Assembly: GCA_043228905.1 (NCBI GenBank)
Contig: JBHGNT010000020.1
Location: forward strand, 13,206,001 to 13,270,000
DNA from: Azolla caroliniana
Taxonomy: Eukaryota > Plantae > Polypodiophyta
DNA: 64,000 nucleotides
Direction of reading: 5' to 3'
This document shows positions 1 through 13,901 of this stretch, one piece after another. The notes under the pieces are model-generated. The model was not told where the DNA came from, did not search any database, and saw only the letters and a program-made list of their open reading frames with translations. The translations under genes and the position numbers were made by a program. Position 1 is the first letter of the stretch. Every line of letters begins with the position of its first letter.

Positions 1-2130
1 AATCCTGATATCATCAACGAAATGAATATCCTGTAGTTCCTTTTGCCAATGCAATTATTGAGCCACTATACAGAATCAAGTAAATGTAGTTAGTTGATGC
101 ACAGTGATACAGGCATATTAACACGTAGAGAAGCACATACCCTGCAATGATGATCGAAACAATCGACACATTTGTCACAAACCCTGCAATGTTTGCTACG
201 CTTGTGGATCTGAATTACAAGAAAAAATAAACACCCATAAATAGGATCATCATTATGAAAACAAATACCACAAAGAAACAATTTCCAGTAACACTAGGAT
301 ATACCTCCACTTCACACAAGCTACAATATAGCATGTCTTCTTCGCAATGAGCATGCTCAGACTACACGTAAAACAAAGAGAAGAGAACCCACATCAAAGG
401 AACGTAAGTATAGCCATAAGAATCAAACCAGTATTCAAGAAACGCATTTCAAACAAATCTAAAACTGTTGTGCTCAAATCAGACTATATACCAATTAAAA
501 GAATCAAGCAAGGATTAGCAGGTCCAACAAGCATTTTTTCTAATTTCTCCAAATTGTATTGTAAGGAACAAAAACTAACCTTAGAATGAGTCGAAGAAGG
601 TTGTGTTGGTTCAGTGCTAGTTCTATCCTTTTCACCAGTGAAGCAAACTGATGGGGAAGTCGTTTTTGAAGCAGAAGACGCAAGATTCCTCTTCATTCTT
701 AAGATTGCAGGGTCTGAAGGATCACAAGATGCACACCATATGTAGAGAATAAAGACAGACGCTATCTGCCAACCAATAGATAGTGACAAAATCTCCATTA
801 GCCCCTAATTCTATTTCCATATGGATGTAAAACATTGTAAGCAGGGAATGCACGAAGGTACAACAACATGCATATTGTGTCAAAGAAGATACTATTACAC
901 TAGATGGATGGCAGAGTGAGAACCTATACAATGGCATATACAAACATATATGTGTATCAGAGTGTATGAGTGTGTATGATTGGAGGTCTTGTGGGGAAGT
1001 AAAGGATAACTCAGAGTGTGCGGAAGACTGTTCCCTACTATCAAGGATTGATCTTATAGTGTTTCATACATTGAACCATAGCTCATCAGACCAAGACTCA
1101 ATTTTCATGTGCTTTGGATTTAAATGGAACTTGCGTTCAACTAATTCAATTTGTTCTTGTTACGGTTTCCTAGAATGAGCAAGATTCATTTAGTACCTCC
1201 ATTAATTTGAGTTTGTGGTGTATAAATCTCGTTTCATCAGACTTGCTCTAGTTCGGGTTTGATGGAATTGACCACAACAAGTTAGCATTTATCAATGGGA
1301 TCAACTCGAACTTATCCTAGCTAGAATATTAATAATCAGTTAGGGTCGATGAAATGTGATCAACCAATCTTGGTCTAGCTATAGATGAATGAGGAACATT
1401 TTACTGAAGCTAGCTAGTTCTGTGTAAATTAAGGTTTCATAGAAAAAGTATTTCTTACAAGAGGTAAAGTTTGTTTCGAAAAACCAAGAGTTCTTTCATG
1501 TTATGGGTTTCTTGATTGGATGAGTTAAGACTTGGTTGTAGGATTGTGAAAGACTGGGCATCAGCTCATTCACAACTGGATAGACCTGTATAAATTAGGG
1601 TTTCGGAGATAGAGAAGATTCCTTACCGTGAGAGTTAGGGTTGGATTGGAGGAACCACTAACGCTTTCCAGATAAGGTTTCATGATGGATTGAATCAAAC
1701 ATACTCTAATTAGGGTTTCGCGTAAATGAAAACCGGTTATTTAGCTTATCCTGGCTATGTTTTTGTGAGTCTACCTGTCATTACCGTGTAAATTTAGGGT
1801 TTCAGAGAGAGAGAGAGAGAAGATTTCTTACCAGAGGAGCATAGACTGAGCTAACGACGATCTCCATGACATGGCTTCCCACGAAAGGAAGGAAGAAAAC
1901 AAAGAAAGCGAAGCCGAGGGCCAAGAAGACAGCGATGGCGACCACCTACGAGCACAGAAGAAAGGGATCAGGATATAAAGAGAAAGAAAAACAAATGAAT
2001 AACTTCGGGGATAATAAGAGGTGAACAGGACCGAGAAGAATGCTAAAGAGAGAGAGATTATGAGAAGAAGGAAAGAAAGAAAACATGCCTGCAGAGGATG
2101 GTATGGAAGCTCCCAGCCATGGCGACGCAT
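1..2130 (-). CDS. PAT22: DHHC-type protein S-acyltransferase (PAT22-like), 5' part; gene continues beyond the left window edge
   Basis: Exons (minus): 2130-2089, 1945-1832, 765-580, 361-305, 209-141, 65-<1, all joined in phase 0. Translation MRRHGWELPYHPLQ|VVAIAVFLALGFAFFVFFLPFVG...|IASVFILYIWCASCDPSD...|...MLYCSLCEVE|IHKRSKHCRVCDKCVDCFDHHCR|WLNNCIGKRNYR contains the DHHC cysteine-rich domain. The N-terminus matches Arabidopsis PAT22 as I recall it (MRKHGWQLPYHPLQVVA). Intron 1 is GC-AG. The acceptor of exon 4 is the least certain boundary. Confidence 0.92.
1420..1831 (-). repeat. Three degenerate tandem copies of the PAT exon-2 donor/intron start, containing telobox-like AAACCCTAA motifs
   Basis: Minus-strand GTAAG(A/G)AAT...GAAACC(C/T)TAA(A)TTTA(C/T)AC begins at 1831 (true donor), 1626 and 1458. 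Confidence 0.65.
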
Positions 2131-2534
2131 TTCTGAGCAACAGAAAGAAGATGAAGAAGCAGAATTGAAGAATGAAGGAAACGAGATAAGAAGAAGAATT
2201 GAAGAAGGAATGAAGAAAAAAGGAATAAGGTAATAAAAAAGATTATAGCAGGTTTTCTCCCAGAGAAAGGAAACAAAGAAAGATGGAGAAGAAGAAGAAG
2301 AAGAAGAAGAAGAAATTACTGTGACTAGATGACAGAGGCAACTGCATTTACTGTTAGGGTTTGTCTTTTTGAAGTACTATTTCCCTCTCTCAATCTCTCT
2401 CTCTCTCTCTCTCTCTCTGTCTTTATCTCTCTGAGTCATGTCGCCATATCGCCATAGCCAGAAGCTCGCTCAGGCGTCAGGCGGACCCATCATCATCATC
2501 ATGACCCCTCCTCCATCACCTTGATGGATGGCTA

Positions 2535-3165
2535 TGGATGTGGATGTGGATGTATGTATGTGCATCATCCATGCATGCATGCACACATACATACATACAT
2601 ACATACATTCAATACAATACATACATACATACATACATACATTCATCCAATACAATACATGTATGTATGTATGTGGATGTGGATGTGGATGTGGATGTGG
2701 ATGTATGTATGTGTACGTATGTGCATCATCCATGCATACATGCACACATACATACATACATACATACATACATTCAATACAATACATACATACCTTCATT
2801 CATTCAATACAATACATGCATGTATGTGGAAGTGGATGTGGATGTATGTATGTGCATCATCCATGCATGCATGCACACATACATATTTACATACATTCAT
2901 TCATTCAATAATATATGTACATTGCAATACATATATACTTACAAGTTACATACATACATACATTGCAATCCGTACATACCTACTATACATGTATTACATA
3001 CACTATACATGCGTTGCATGCATACTATACATGTTATAATTTATATGTAAATACTATTACATACTATTCTTACATACATGCTGGATATATATCAATATGT
3101 ATATTGTATACTATACCCTATACATACACGAGATACAAAATACACACATACAATACCTACATACA
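2535..3165. repeat. Compound microsatellite block, (GGATGT)n/(TACA)n, in three higher-order units of about 140-165 bp
   Basis: The motif ggatgtggatgtatgtatgtgcatcatccatgcat...cacacatacatacat...tcaatacaatac recurs near 2535, 2685 and 2835. Confidence 0.85.
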
Positions 3166-5214
3166 TAGCCACCGCATTTACCAGACTTCTCCTTGTATCT
3201 ATCGGTTGCAACTTGCTCCCCCCGTGTGTGCACGTTAAATATATATCTATCTAACTATCCTTGGCATGCTCTGCCACGCAAATGTCGACTGGAAGGTGCC
3301 CATTTCGTCTTCGTACTGCTTCTTGATGTGACTTTGCCCGCTCCAATGCTTCATGTCCCAATAAAGTCGTCGAGTCACGGGATCTGATCGTCTCTACTTG
3401 TGGCGATCGCCGTTCCCTCAGCGTACCCAACTTGGTCGTAATATTTTCAACAAGCGTGAGGTCATGATCAACACATGCACGATTCCTTGAGTAGTTACTA
3501 TGCATGGATGTGTTGTATATAAATTCTTTACATCACTTCCATTCAATGACCAGTTGAGAGAGCCCCTTATGTGTGCCCTTTAGCAAACATTACCACTCCT
3601 AGCTTCCATCAATGAATACAATCTTTGAAAACCATATTAGGAATTATGGGTATGTCAAAGTTATATGTTCTCAGGAATTATGAGTATGTCAAAGTTATAT
3701 GCTTTCGATGCATATACATACTATTACATTTACACGTATATCTGCAAAATGTCATGACAAATGATCAATGTCAATAGAAGCATTGACTACATTCAAGGCT
3801 CGAGTTAATCTATTGCCACTTAAAATACACAAGTTCGTTGAACCCTTTTCCTTTTCTCGACTCGGCTTTGTAGTTTAATGAGTTATAGGGCCCATAACAT
3901 AGTAGATGTACAAACTAGGATGGCCCATTCAATTTCAATGATAGTGCGATTAGGTTTGTAGAAGTTATGATTTGTACAGTATATGCAAGTGGGTGTCTTA
4001 CAAATTTGATTGCTTTTGTTCTATCATTCAGAACCACTACTACATAAAACTACTATTTTACCTGACATGAAAAGCTTACGATTTTTTTGTATCAACACAT
4101 GCTTTAGGATCCTTAAATACTGGGTGTCAACATTTCCTTATTCGTGACTTTCCTTACTATATAGGCCAAATATGGGCATGCCATCCCGCCCACCTCTTAG
4201 TCTTCGCCTCTCGAGTGAATGACTATCGATAAATTCACATGGGTAACTTTCTCATGGTTTGCGTTTTGCTACCCAGTAGAAAATATTATTTACGCGAGGA
4301 GTGATAGAGAACGTGACATCAACGTCGAAACTCTTGATTCAAAAAACTAAACACGCCCAGTATCAGACAACGTATAAATCACATATAGTGAGCAATAATC
4401 GTAGAAGTATTAAATTTTCACAGTTGCATACCTCTCAAGCATTACCATCAGTTGAAGAATGTAAGCAATTTGCTTGACTGGAAATGTGATGTCCTTTTTC
4501 CCCTTTGTAACTCTACGTCAAACGAGATCCTCCACAAGATATTTATCACTCACATGCGTACGTGATGCATACATATACTCCATATGTAGTGCTCTCAAAT
4601 GTTACATCATTATGACGAAAACATAGGGAACACCATATTGAGAGGAAAGCAAATATCCAAGACTTTCCGTGAAGAAAAATATACACATACATATCGGCGC
4701 AAACCAAAATGTTGAAAAGCCAATAAAATACCCAAGACTTCGGCAAAAGTGAAATATGACCCCACACACACAAATACAAATCATATTGTTTTGATTAGAA
4801 AGATTGTGGTCACAATGATGAGATGCCCCGACAACATGGGCAACAAACGTGGAAACTCACATAGCCAAGTAGACATGTGTGGACGGATGATGCACAAGAG
4901 ATGTTATTTTTTTTGCCTTTCATGAATAAACTCTATGCACGGCATCAAAGAGATTGAGGAGAATGAACTAGCCAATGCCACGACAATGTTCAACATGTGT
5001 TCGTGTATGTCTGTACACATGTAAATACACACAAACATTCGCATGGACATACACATAGGCATAGACATAAACATAGACATAGAAAGAATGATATATTAAC
5101 GTCTTCTACGACCAAAATTGGCCCATGAGACAATTGGTTTACAACAAAAATGGGGTATTTACCCGTTCATCAAACGTAAAAAAATAAAATAAAATAAAAT
5201 AGAGCTTAACCTAA

Positions 5215-5435
<221 letters not shown>

Positions 5436-8400
5436 GTGTTTGGACTGATGGTACATGTGACATGATGGTACAATTTGTTGTCCTCTTCCCTTTTTTTTTT
5501 TAATACAAAAGAAAAAGGAAAAGGAAAAAAACCAACAAAAGTATGCGGGTACGCATTAAATGCACCCTTCCCACATTAAAGGCTCCTCTTTTTTCGCATT
5601 AAATGCTTCGTTTTTTTTTTATCTATATATTTATATGGTTATTTGTTGTCCCAATAAAATATAAACATTGATTAATTTCATTAGTCTCCGAAATTAGTTT
5701 TGGTTTTTTAAATAAAAACAAGATTAGTGGAAATTCCCAATAATAGCCTTGACTCACACGTTTGGATAATCTCAGTGCTACCCCTACCCCTCCTCGCCTA
5801 AACACTAAGTAATTAGTTAACTACCTATTCGTCAATCACATCCTTACAATTTACTCATGAAACATGGACTAATAAAGCAATGAATGATCGGGGTCATTTA
5901 CCCCGACAATATCATTCATGAACGTTATTTGTTTTCAATTTGGTTTGATTCTAGTTTCTGATAATGAAGCATCAAACTACTCATCCATTTCTTGACCACG
6001 TCCGACTCTGATTAATTATATAGGGAACTACAATCAATCAAAAGTTACGTTGAAAACATGTTCACGTCGATGACATAACATACATGGTACTTGTAATCTT
6101 TATCACGGTAGACTTTGTAGTGACATTGGTATATATTTTCGTTCATTCTTTCTTCTTTCATCTCGCTCTCTGTCTAGTTCTCTATCTCTAAAGTCACACA
6201 ATCTTTCTAATGTGACAAGTCTCTCGCTTTCCACGATGTCGTCCTCTCCTTTACTCGCTAAAGTCAGAGTTGTCTTTCTCTCGTGAATGTCAAGCATGTA
6301 AATTGACGGTGAAGTAGACATAGTTGTGATCAAACTAAATTAATGTTGCTACCTTTTTTTCACAAGGGTAAATATGATCATTTGAATCTCTCAAGATAGG
6401 GGTAGAACTTGTGTGTCCCATTCATGCGAAGGGTATGCATGTTTTGATCTTTTCCACATTTCTACAGTAAAAATTTAAAACCAAAATTTCATGTTTGATA
6501 GTCAACTTTGTGTATACATGTCTCTAATTTAGTTTGCCACGTGTTCTTGTGCATCGACACTATTGCATATTCTATTCAACAATATATCGAATCGGCCTAA
6601 GGGCCTAATAGTAAGTAGTTTATTGATGCCTCTTCATAATGAACTAGTAAACTATTGAGACAATGGATGATCCAATAATCAACTTATTGTTTGACATAAT
6701 TTTATTCGTAATTCATTTATCAAATTATCTAGTAAAAAAAGGAATCACAATCAAATCTACAAGAACCATGTCCAATGTCCCACTCCATCGTGATTATTTT
6801 GTTTCTTTAACGACATTTAAAATCTATTGAAACATTGCATGTTTTTATAATCTTGGAAGGTCTAAACCTTAGATTTTCATGAGTTTTTGGAAGGATTCTA
6901 AGATCATCCAATAAAGTTTCTCCCTGTTTTAGGCAAAAAAAGCATCTTTTACTATTTTAATTATTTTTCAATTATATAACTAGATGTAAAGAACCAAGTT
7001 TCAATATCTTCTTTCATAATGTTATTAAATCTTAGTGGGACGTGTAACTTTGTAAGATGCTCCAAATTCAACTCCTTAGCCAATGGAGGTAGCTAAAACT
7101 AGGCTGAAATACAAAGTGTTGATGAGCTTATAACGTCTCGTAAATTTAACCTGCACAAACATGTTACATAATGCTTGTTAGTAACAAAATGGCATGCAAT
7201 CAATATCATCCATCGACTTATGAATATATGTAATATTTTACAAGCCAATATGAAATGAGCTTCGTGTGCATGTTACGGGAAAATATCGTGGTTTCGAAAT
7301 TTATTTTCTATGTCTTGCGGTTTAGGGTTAGCGAGCCAACTCGAGTTTGAGAGTTGTTTATGAGGAGCATAGAAGTGCCAACTCTCATTCTGTCATACAC
7401 ACATTAAGTTGAAGCCAATTCACCACTTGATCAAGGAATGTTGTTTGCCCAAAAAATCATTTGGGAATTGAATTATTTCTCACATCCATTAGATAGATTA
7501 TAGTTTTCCCGAGGTGATCTCCAAAAAGCTCATGATAATTACGAGGTCATGAAACCAAGAAATCCATTTCATTAGTTCCTACATAAGGACTTTGTCCATT
7601 TCCAATGACAAAGAAGTCCTCAAACTTGGGTGAAAACATATATGAAATATGTATATTTAAACTTTTTCAAACATGTCATCATTGATACATTGCTTGCACC
7701 ATGTTCTCTTAGACTTTTGTCCTTGAATTCCTTTTCAAGTTATGTTAAAGGAGACTTTGCTTACATTGCAAACTTTTAGGGCTTAAATGTTTCCTAAGTG
7801 CGTTCAAAACGCCCTTTCCCATAAATCTATAAGCATGTGTTTTATCTATGTGCATTCTTTTAGCTACCATATGCTAGACGATCGATCACACACATATATC
7901 ACACCTCTTCCCTTATTTACCTTCTTGCACCATTTTCACTTCAGTAAAAGAAAAAGAAAGCTCTTGAACTTATTGATATCAATGGCTAAGTTAATTTATG
8001 AGCCATGAAACCTTGAAAGTGTAAAGAATAATTTTCTTAAAGGATGTTCATCATCTAACTCCATTTGCTGCCAACAATTGGATATGGTTCTTCCTTCAAA
8101 CTCAACCATCAAAAGTCCCCACATTAGACTACTCTAATAGGCACATTATTGCTATGTCAGTCACTTAATACCATACATATACTTATCAATTGAAATAAAC
8201 CCTTGAAACTATAGAGAAAACAAATTTAAATTGTGATGGAAGGTGGAGCATTCCAATAAAGTTGCATATATGCAATCTCATAAACCTATTCAAGGCCAAA
8301 TATGCACGGTTTATAGGTCTCATCATAACTTGTGCCTTGGCCCTCAATCTCACATCGAAGAGAATACAAACTAACTTTTATGGAAGCAATGGCATGGATA

Positions 8401-11400
8401 ACGAACAAGGGGATAGACTCAACTATGTATGTGTGTATTGTATGGCAAAGAAGAATATGGTTTCGTTGTTGACATGTGTTTTCTCATGATTTTATGAATA
8501 TCAATGCATACATATTGTGTACATGCATATTTTTTTTATAATGCTACTTTAAAAATGTTATCCGGAATCCCACTAATGCCCTAAAATTACTTGGGCTTGA
8601 TGTCATGGGTTTAGATCTAATGAGTTCATTATTTGATGAGTTTCTATACGCATGTTCTAGATGAGTCCTTAACAAGTTATATCTTTTGTGGGACCCATAC
8701 TACATCTTTGAATATATGTTCATAACATCGTATTTCACTTCCAAAGTTTGAAAGTAAGTAAACAATGCCTTCCTCAACACAATGCTTGTAAATTGTATGA
8801 CACATGAGACATATGGACCATTGTAGATCTTCTAGTTGTTTCATTCAAGTAATATTGATGGATGTTGATGAGGAATAATAAAATCACGTAAACGCCACAA
8901 ATCAACCAAGCGAACAAACTAATGATTTTAGAACTCCAATTTTTATGAGCAAGGGTTTAACACTCCCTTTGCTTGGGCAATGCAAATAGCCAAAATGGAC
9001 TTGTTAAAAAGTGGTGGATCTTGTTGACATTACAATAAGGGTTACTTATGTCAAACAAAAGTCCAATACATACATGCACCCCTCAATTTTAGCACCTTGG
9101 GGTTTTTTATATTTGGGATATGTTAAAATAGGATCCGTGATCAAAATTTTAGCTTTGTTATGTTGTTCCTTTTAGGCGAAGCCTAAGAAGGCACGACTCT
9201 TACCACGATTACAATGTTGCAAAATCAAGACACTTATCTTTATTGGTTGCAATATATAAACAATTTCGTATACTTTTAAGGCCATCCAACATATGACTAA
9301 GGGGAACAAGCTCCAACATGTGCATTGCAATACGGGCCCCACTAAGTGCAACGCAAGTATGGCCATGCATGTCCATACACCATGTTCTTCAAGTGGTCAA
9401 GGGAAATTGGCCCCAATAGAATATTTTGGCAAAAATCCCTGACCTCCTTTTTGGTTGGTTGTTGAGGATACTTGTGAAGTACATATTTGTTTCGAAGTGA
9501 AAACCAATGGGAGAAGAGTACAACAATTATGAAGTTCATCAAGATGCAATGCATGTTTATGTTTAGGTGTTCATGTGTGTGCACATTCAATGTATAGAAA
9601 GCCTCAATAACCAATTGCATACAATACATCAAATATTAAAATCTACCATAAGGTAGATATGACAAAAATCTCCTCATGCGTTGCCTCCCCCTCTTGCCAT
9701 CATAGTCCATTGAGAATGCTACCATGAGGGTGGGTGGGACCATGCACCGTCACGATCTTGAATTTTATACCACCACACACTCCACAATTGCTCATTTTTT
9801 ATTAGTTTGAGTTGTCAACTTTTTCTCGTTACATATACTCAAAGAGGTTGGACGATTTGGCATTTATAAAACATAATGTCCTCGTCACTTCCCATATAAA
9901 CATATATGGGATTTGAGTTCAAGTTGAGAGATCATGGTAGAAATACAAAAGCAAAGTTTTCATATCACAACATGTGTGAACAAGTATTGGTCAAGTTAAA
10001 TTCGAGTTTACTTTTTTATCTATAAAGAGGTTTGAAGAGAATGAGATTTTAGAGATATTTGAAGGTCTTATTAAAAAAAATCCTAAGATAACTATGGAGA
10101 GATGGAAAGAACAGAGGTATAGGAAGATTTTATTGTGAATGAAGATATTGATAGTGAGTTAGATACCAAAAGAAGTTGAGATGTTGCATACGAACATTAC
10201 AAGAGAGTTTTTTGAAGATAACACACAACTAAGTCATATTAGGGTGATTCTTTTAGAGTCATTATGCTTTAGTAAACATAGGTTGTCTATTTCTCGTAGT
10301 CTTTGTGAAATCCACCTTAAGATTGTAACTTAGTTTTAGACTTTCCCCCAACGACACAAACCTCTCATAAGCTAGGGGAAGTCAATCACAACAATGATGA
10401 ACCTCAAACCTAGAGATGTGATTTTTTCAACTCCGAAAGGTTAAAACCCATAAAGGTTCTACTAATCTAATTTCCTAAGATTCACTATGTCGGAGGTTAT
10501 TTGGCACATCCCTAATGATTTTTCTCAAGATAATGAGTGATTTGAATTTTATGGACATTTCTAGCTAGTCCATTGGTTTACTAATTTTCTTCTACCTCTA
10601 TTTCACTTCCCTTTATTTGTCATTCCGAGAGGTATGTTGCTAATATTGCAAGTTTTGTGAACTTTATGAACATTTCTAAGTGGTTGTTTAGTAAAGTTAC
10701 TTCTTTACAACTATATTTTAAATCCCTTTATCCCCCTTCCCCTAAAGTATGGTGTCAAGATAATGGATATTGTGAGCTTTATCACCATATATGCATTATT
10801 TGCTAATAAAGCAACCAACCATTGATAATGATGCCTTTCTAACTTCCTAAGGTTCAATACATCATGATGTTCTAGCTCACATTCCTATAAGGTGTGATCT
10901 CTTCACTCTACTCCTTCCATGGCACAATGTGTTCTCCATTATCTTTTTTGAAGGCACAACATTCCTTTGAGTGCTCCATTACACATATTCATATATTGAT
11001 CAAGGCATCTATTTACTTGTTCGTCGCCAATGAGATTTGGAACCATTTTGGCAAGCATTTGAAACACATTCTCTATGCATTGGGTGGTGATCCATATATT
11101 ACTCATGTGATATATATATATAATGACAACATCCATGGCCCATGCTCGACCAATGCATGTAATCTTGAATGTTGTCCCATTAAGATGGAAGGGAGAATAG
11201 ATTTGTTGCATATAGGCCGTATCATGGAAAAATGTTGCCCAATAAGATGAGAGAGAGTTGATTTATTGCCCTTTTTTTTGTGGAATGAGAGAATTAGGGT
11301 ATTGCCTATGTGATCCATCATGGGTTATGTTGTGATAAAGAGAAAAAGTTAGTTAGACTTAGATAGATATGTTGAATCTAAGGGGATTCAATATACAAGA

Positions 11401-11952
11401 CTTTTAAGGGCTCCTAGTTACATGGAAGTTCATAACAAACTCATAACTAAGGAATTTAAAGTATGGACAACCTCAATCAACCTAAATATCATAACCACAC
11501 GAACTCTAATAATATCAATTCATTTAACATCTAATCAACGTTGCTTCTTTAAACAACTATAAATTAATCCTTGTTTCTTGAACATTCATAATTAGTGCAA
11601 GAAAATTCTAATATTAAAAGAGTAGTTAATAAACAAATCTAACTTCTAATTCTTCTAGTTAGAGCAAGTTTATTTCTATGTAAAAACACAACCAACATAT
11701 TAAACTTCTAAATTTGACCAACTAAGAGAGATCTAATTTATAGTTAGGAGCAATTGGTAAATATGATATTTGTAATGAACAAGATAACTTATTTATTCAT
11801 TACGCACAATTATGTGCTCGACGGTTCACTTCTATGTGACAAATGTCAAAAGCTCACGCTGGTTTTAAATAGTCTTGTCAAAAGTTCTTTTACGATCAAT
11901 ATGTGATATTGTTGATAGGATAGATGCATAATAAATCATGTCATATACTTGG

Positions 11953-12397
11953 AAGTATGGGCTCGGTGGGGCTCAATTTCTTTGCCTGGAAACCAAACCA
12001 AACCAAACTAGATTGAACCATTTATAAATGAAAAAGGTCCAAACTGAACCGTTTATGAGCTCCCAAGCCATTTAACCAAACTGTTTAGACTTAAGCCATT
12101 AAAAAACCAAACCATTAAAGAAAAGGTGAACTGAACAAGTTAAAGAAAAGTTGAAACCCAACCAAGCCATTTAATTATGGATTTAAGACAAAACCATTTA
12201 AATCAAACTAATTAAATATTTAAATAACCAAAAATACATTTATTAAACCATTAAGTTATTAGGAAAATAAAAAGAGTTAACCAAAAACCAATAAACCAAG
12301 TCACATAAACCGATAAACTTGAGTTTTAGACTCAATAAACTGTTAAACCATGGCTAAATAATTCAGTTTGGTTTGAGCCGAAAGCGGACCCATAACG
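11953..12397 (-). mobile_element. Diverged non-autonomous hAT-type MITE, same family as 42717-43226, opposite orientation
   Basis: Ends agtatgggctcgg... and ...tttgagccgaaagcggacccataac resemble the termini of the 42717 element. The interior is rich in AAACC/AACCG subterminal repeats. No TSD is recognisable. Confidence 0.65.
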
Positions 12398-13901
12398 ACA
12401 CACACACACTTTTTTTTCTTCTTAACTCGTAATTAGCTCACCCTAGTGAAAATTAATCTACTAGATGCCATTGGGGAATGTAGGTTTGAACCCATGACCT
12501 TCTAGTCTCCATTAACCTTACCAATTCTCTTTTCTATCAAGATAGGTTCCATGTATGTGTCAATATTGGCCTCTATATGGTCGCTAAAAATATCTATCTA
12601 TCTATCTCTATCCCTGTATAAATCTCTCTCTCTCTCTATCACTCTGTCTTTGCAAAGAGTAATATATTAGTTACAAAAGTCAAACTACAATAATAGATGA
12701 ACTATGATATCCTATTAACTCAACACAAAATCAATAAAGGTTCTCATGATACCCCGCATCTCTATTTAAATACATCCTTACTTTTGGGGCTATGTAGTCA
12801 CATGTGATAAAGAAGGCCAATGCAAATGACGGACATGATCCCTTGCCAACCTACATACATTGAGTATTAAAAGCAAACTCATTCCTTATCTGACAATCAT
12901 GCATAATACCAACACCTTAGATACTGAAATAACACCTCTAGATGTGGAGAAGGCATTCTTAGCTGCATACAACCAGGAAACCCATTCGAAATAGAGATTT
13001 CACCACCCACTAATAGATAGAAGCTCATATTGTAGATATAAATTTCTACATAGCTCTTACCATTGACAACTGTTAAATCAATGGCAACTATGTTCCTCTA
13101 AATTTATGCAAAAGAAACAAATTCTAGATGCGATACTTTGCTTCCAAATAAATACCTTAGCTTTGAAAGGAAGATGAAATTGCCACCCCATTTGCTCTCT
13201 CTCTCTCGCTCTCAATCAACTAATTCAGTTCTTGACACATCAAACTACTACCATTGATTTAATATCACCCATAGACTAAGGCAACCATACGAGTAGATTA
13301 GCATGTTGCTCTACTGTTATTGTCCTTCAAACAATCAAGTCACATCATTATTTAGATTTTGTTCACAGTTTTGTTAGTATGTCTTAGTTTGCATCTTTTT
13401 TTTATAGACATAGGCATAAGATGCACTCAGTGGTTTCACCAAATTCGAGAGGAAATCAGACTGTTATTGATAACACTGAAATACCTAAGACTCCATCGGA
13501 CTGTTTGATCTGTAAAACATGCAAAACCCATTTCCCCATTCATGATGAATGTCAGACATCTACTCAGTGAGATCTTGTGAGATTATCTTGACACTAATTC
13601 TAAATACATATTTGGAACTCGAAAGGGATGAAAATGATATTTTGACTAGACAAATTTAGTAACATGAGGGAATTACCAATGTCAATCACCTACACAAGGA
13701 AAATTGAATTTGACAAAATATTTAAATGAACAAGAGTCTCAGAACTTTACAATAATGCAGCTTTTATGATGGACAATCCACCAAATCGCATCATCCCCGG
13801 ATATATTTTTATGAATCAGTCCTTTTCAGTGGCCACTTAGCTACACAATTCCCTTATGAAATGATAAAACTTTGGCAACAGATTTTGCTTTAGCATGATT
13901 G

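Noticed and set aside
2470-3238. Several 100-170 aa ORFs rich in Y/I/H/T/M/C
   Set aside because: They are translations of stop-poor microsatellites with no protein motifs.
10200-11330. Possible decayed retrotransposon coding remnant
   Set aside because: No diagnostic motif could be identified by eye, so it is left unannotated.
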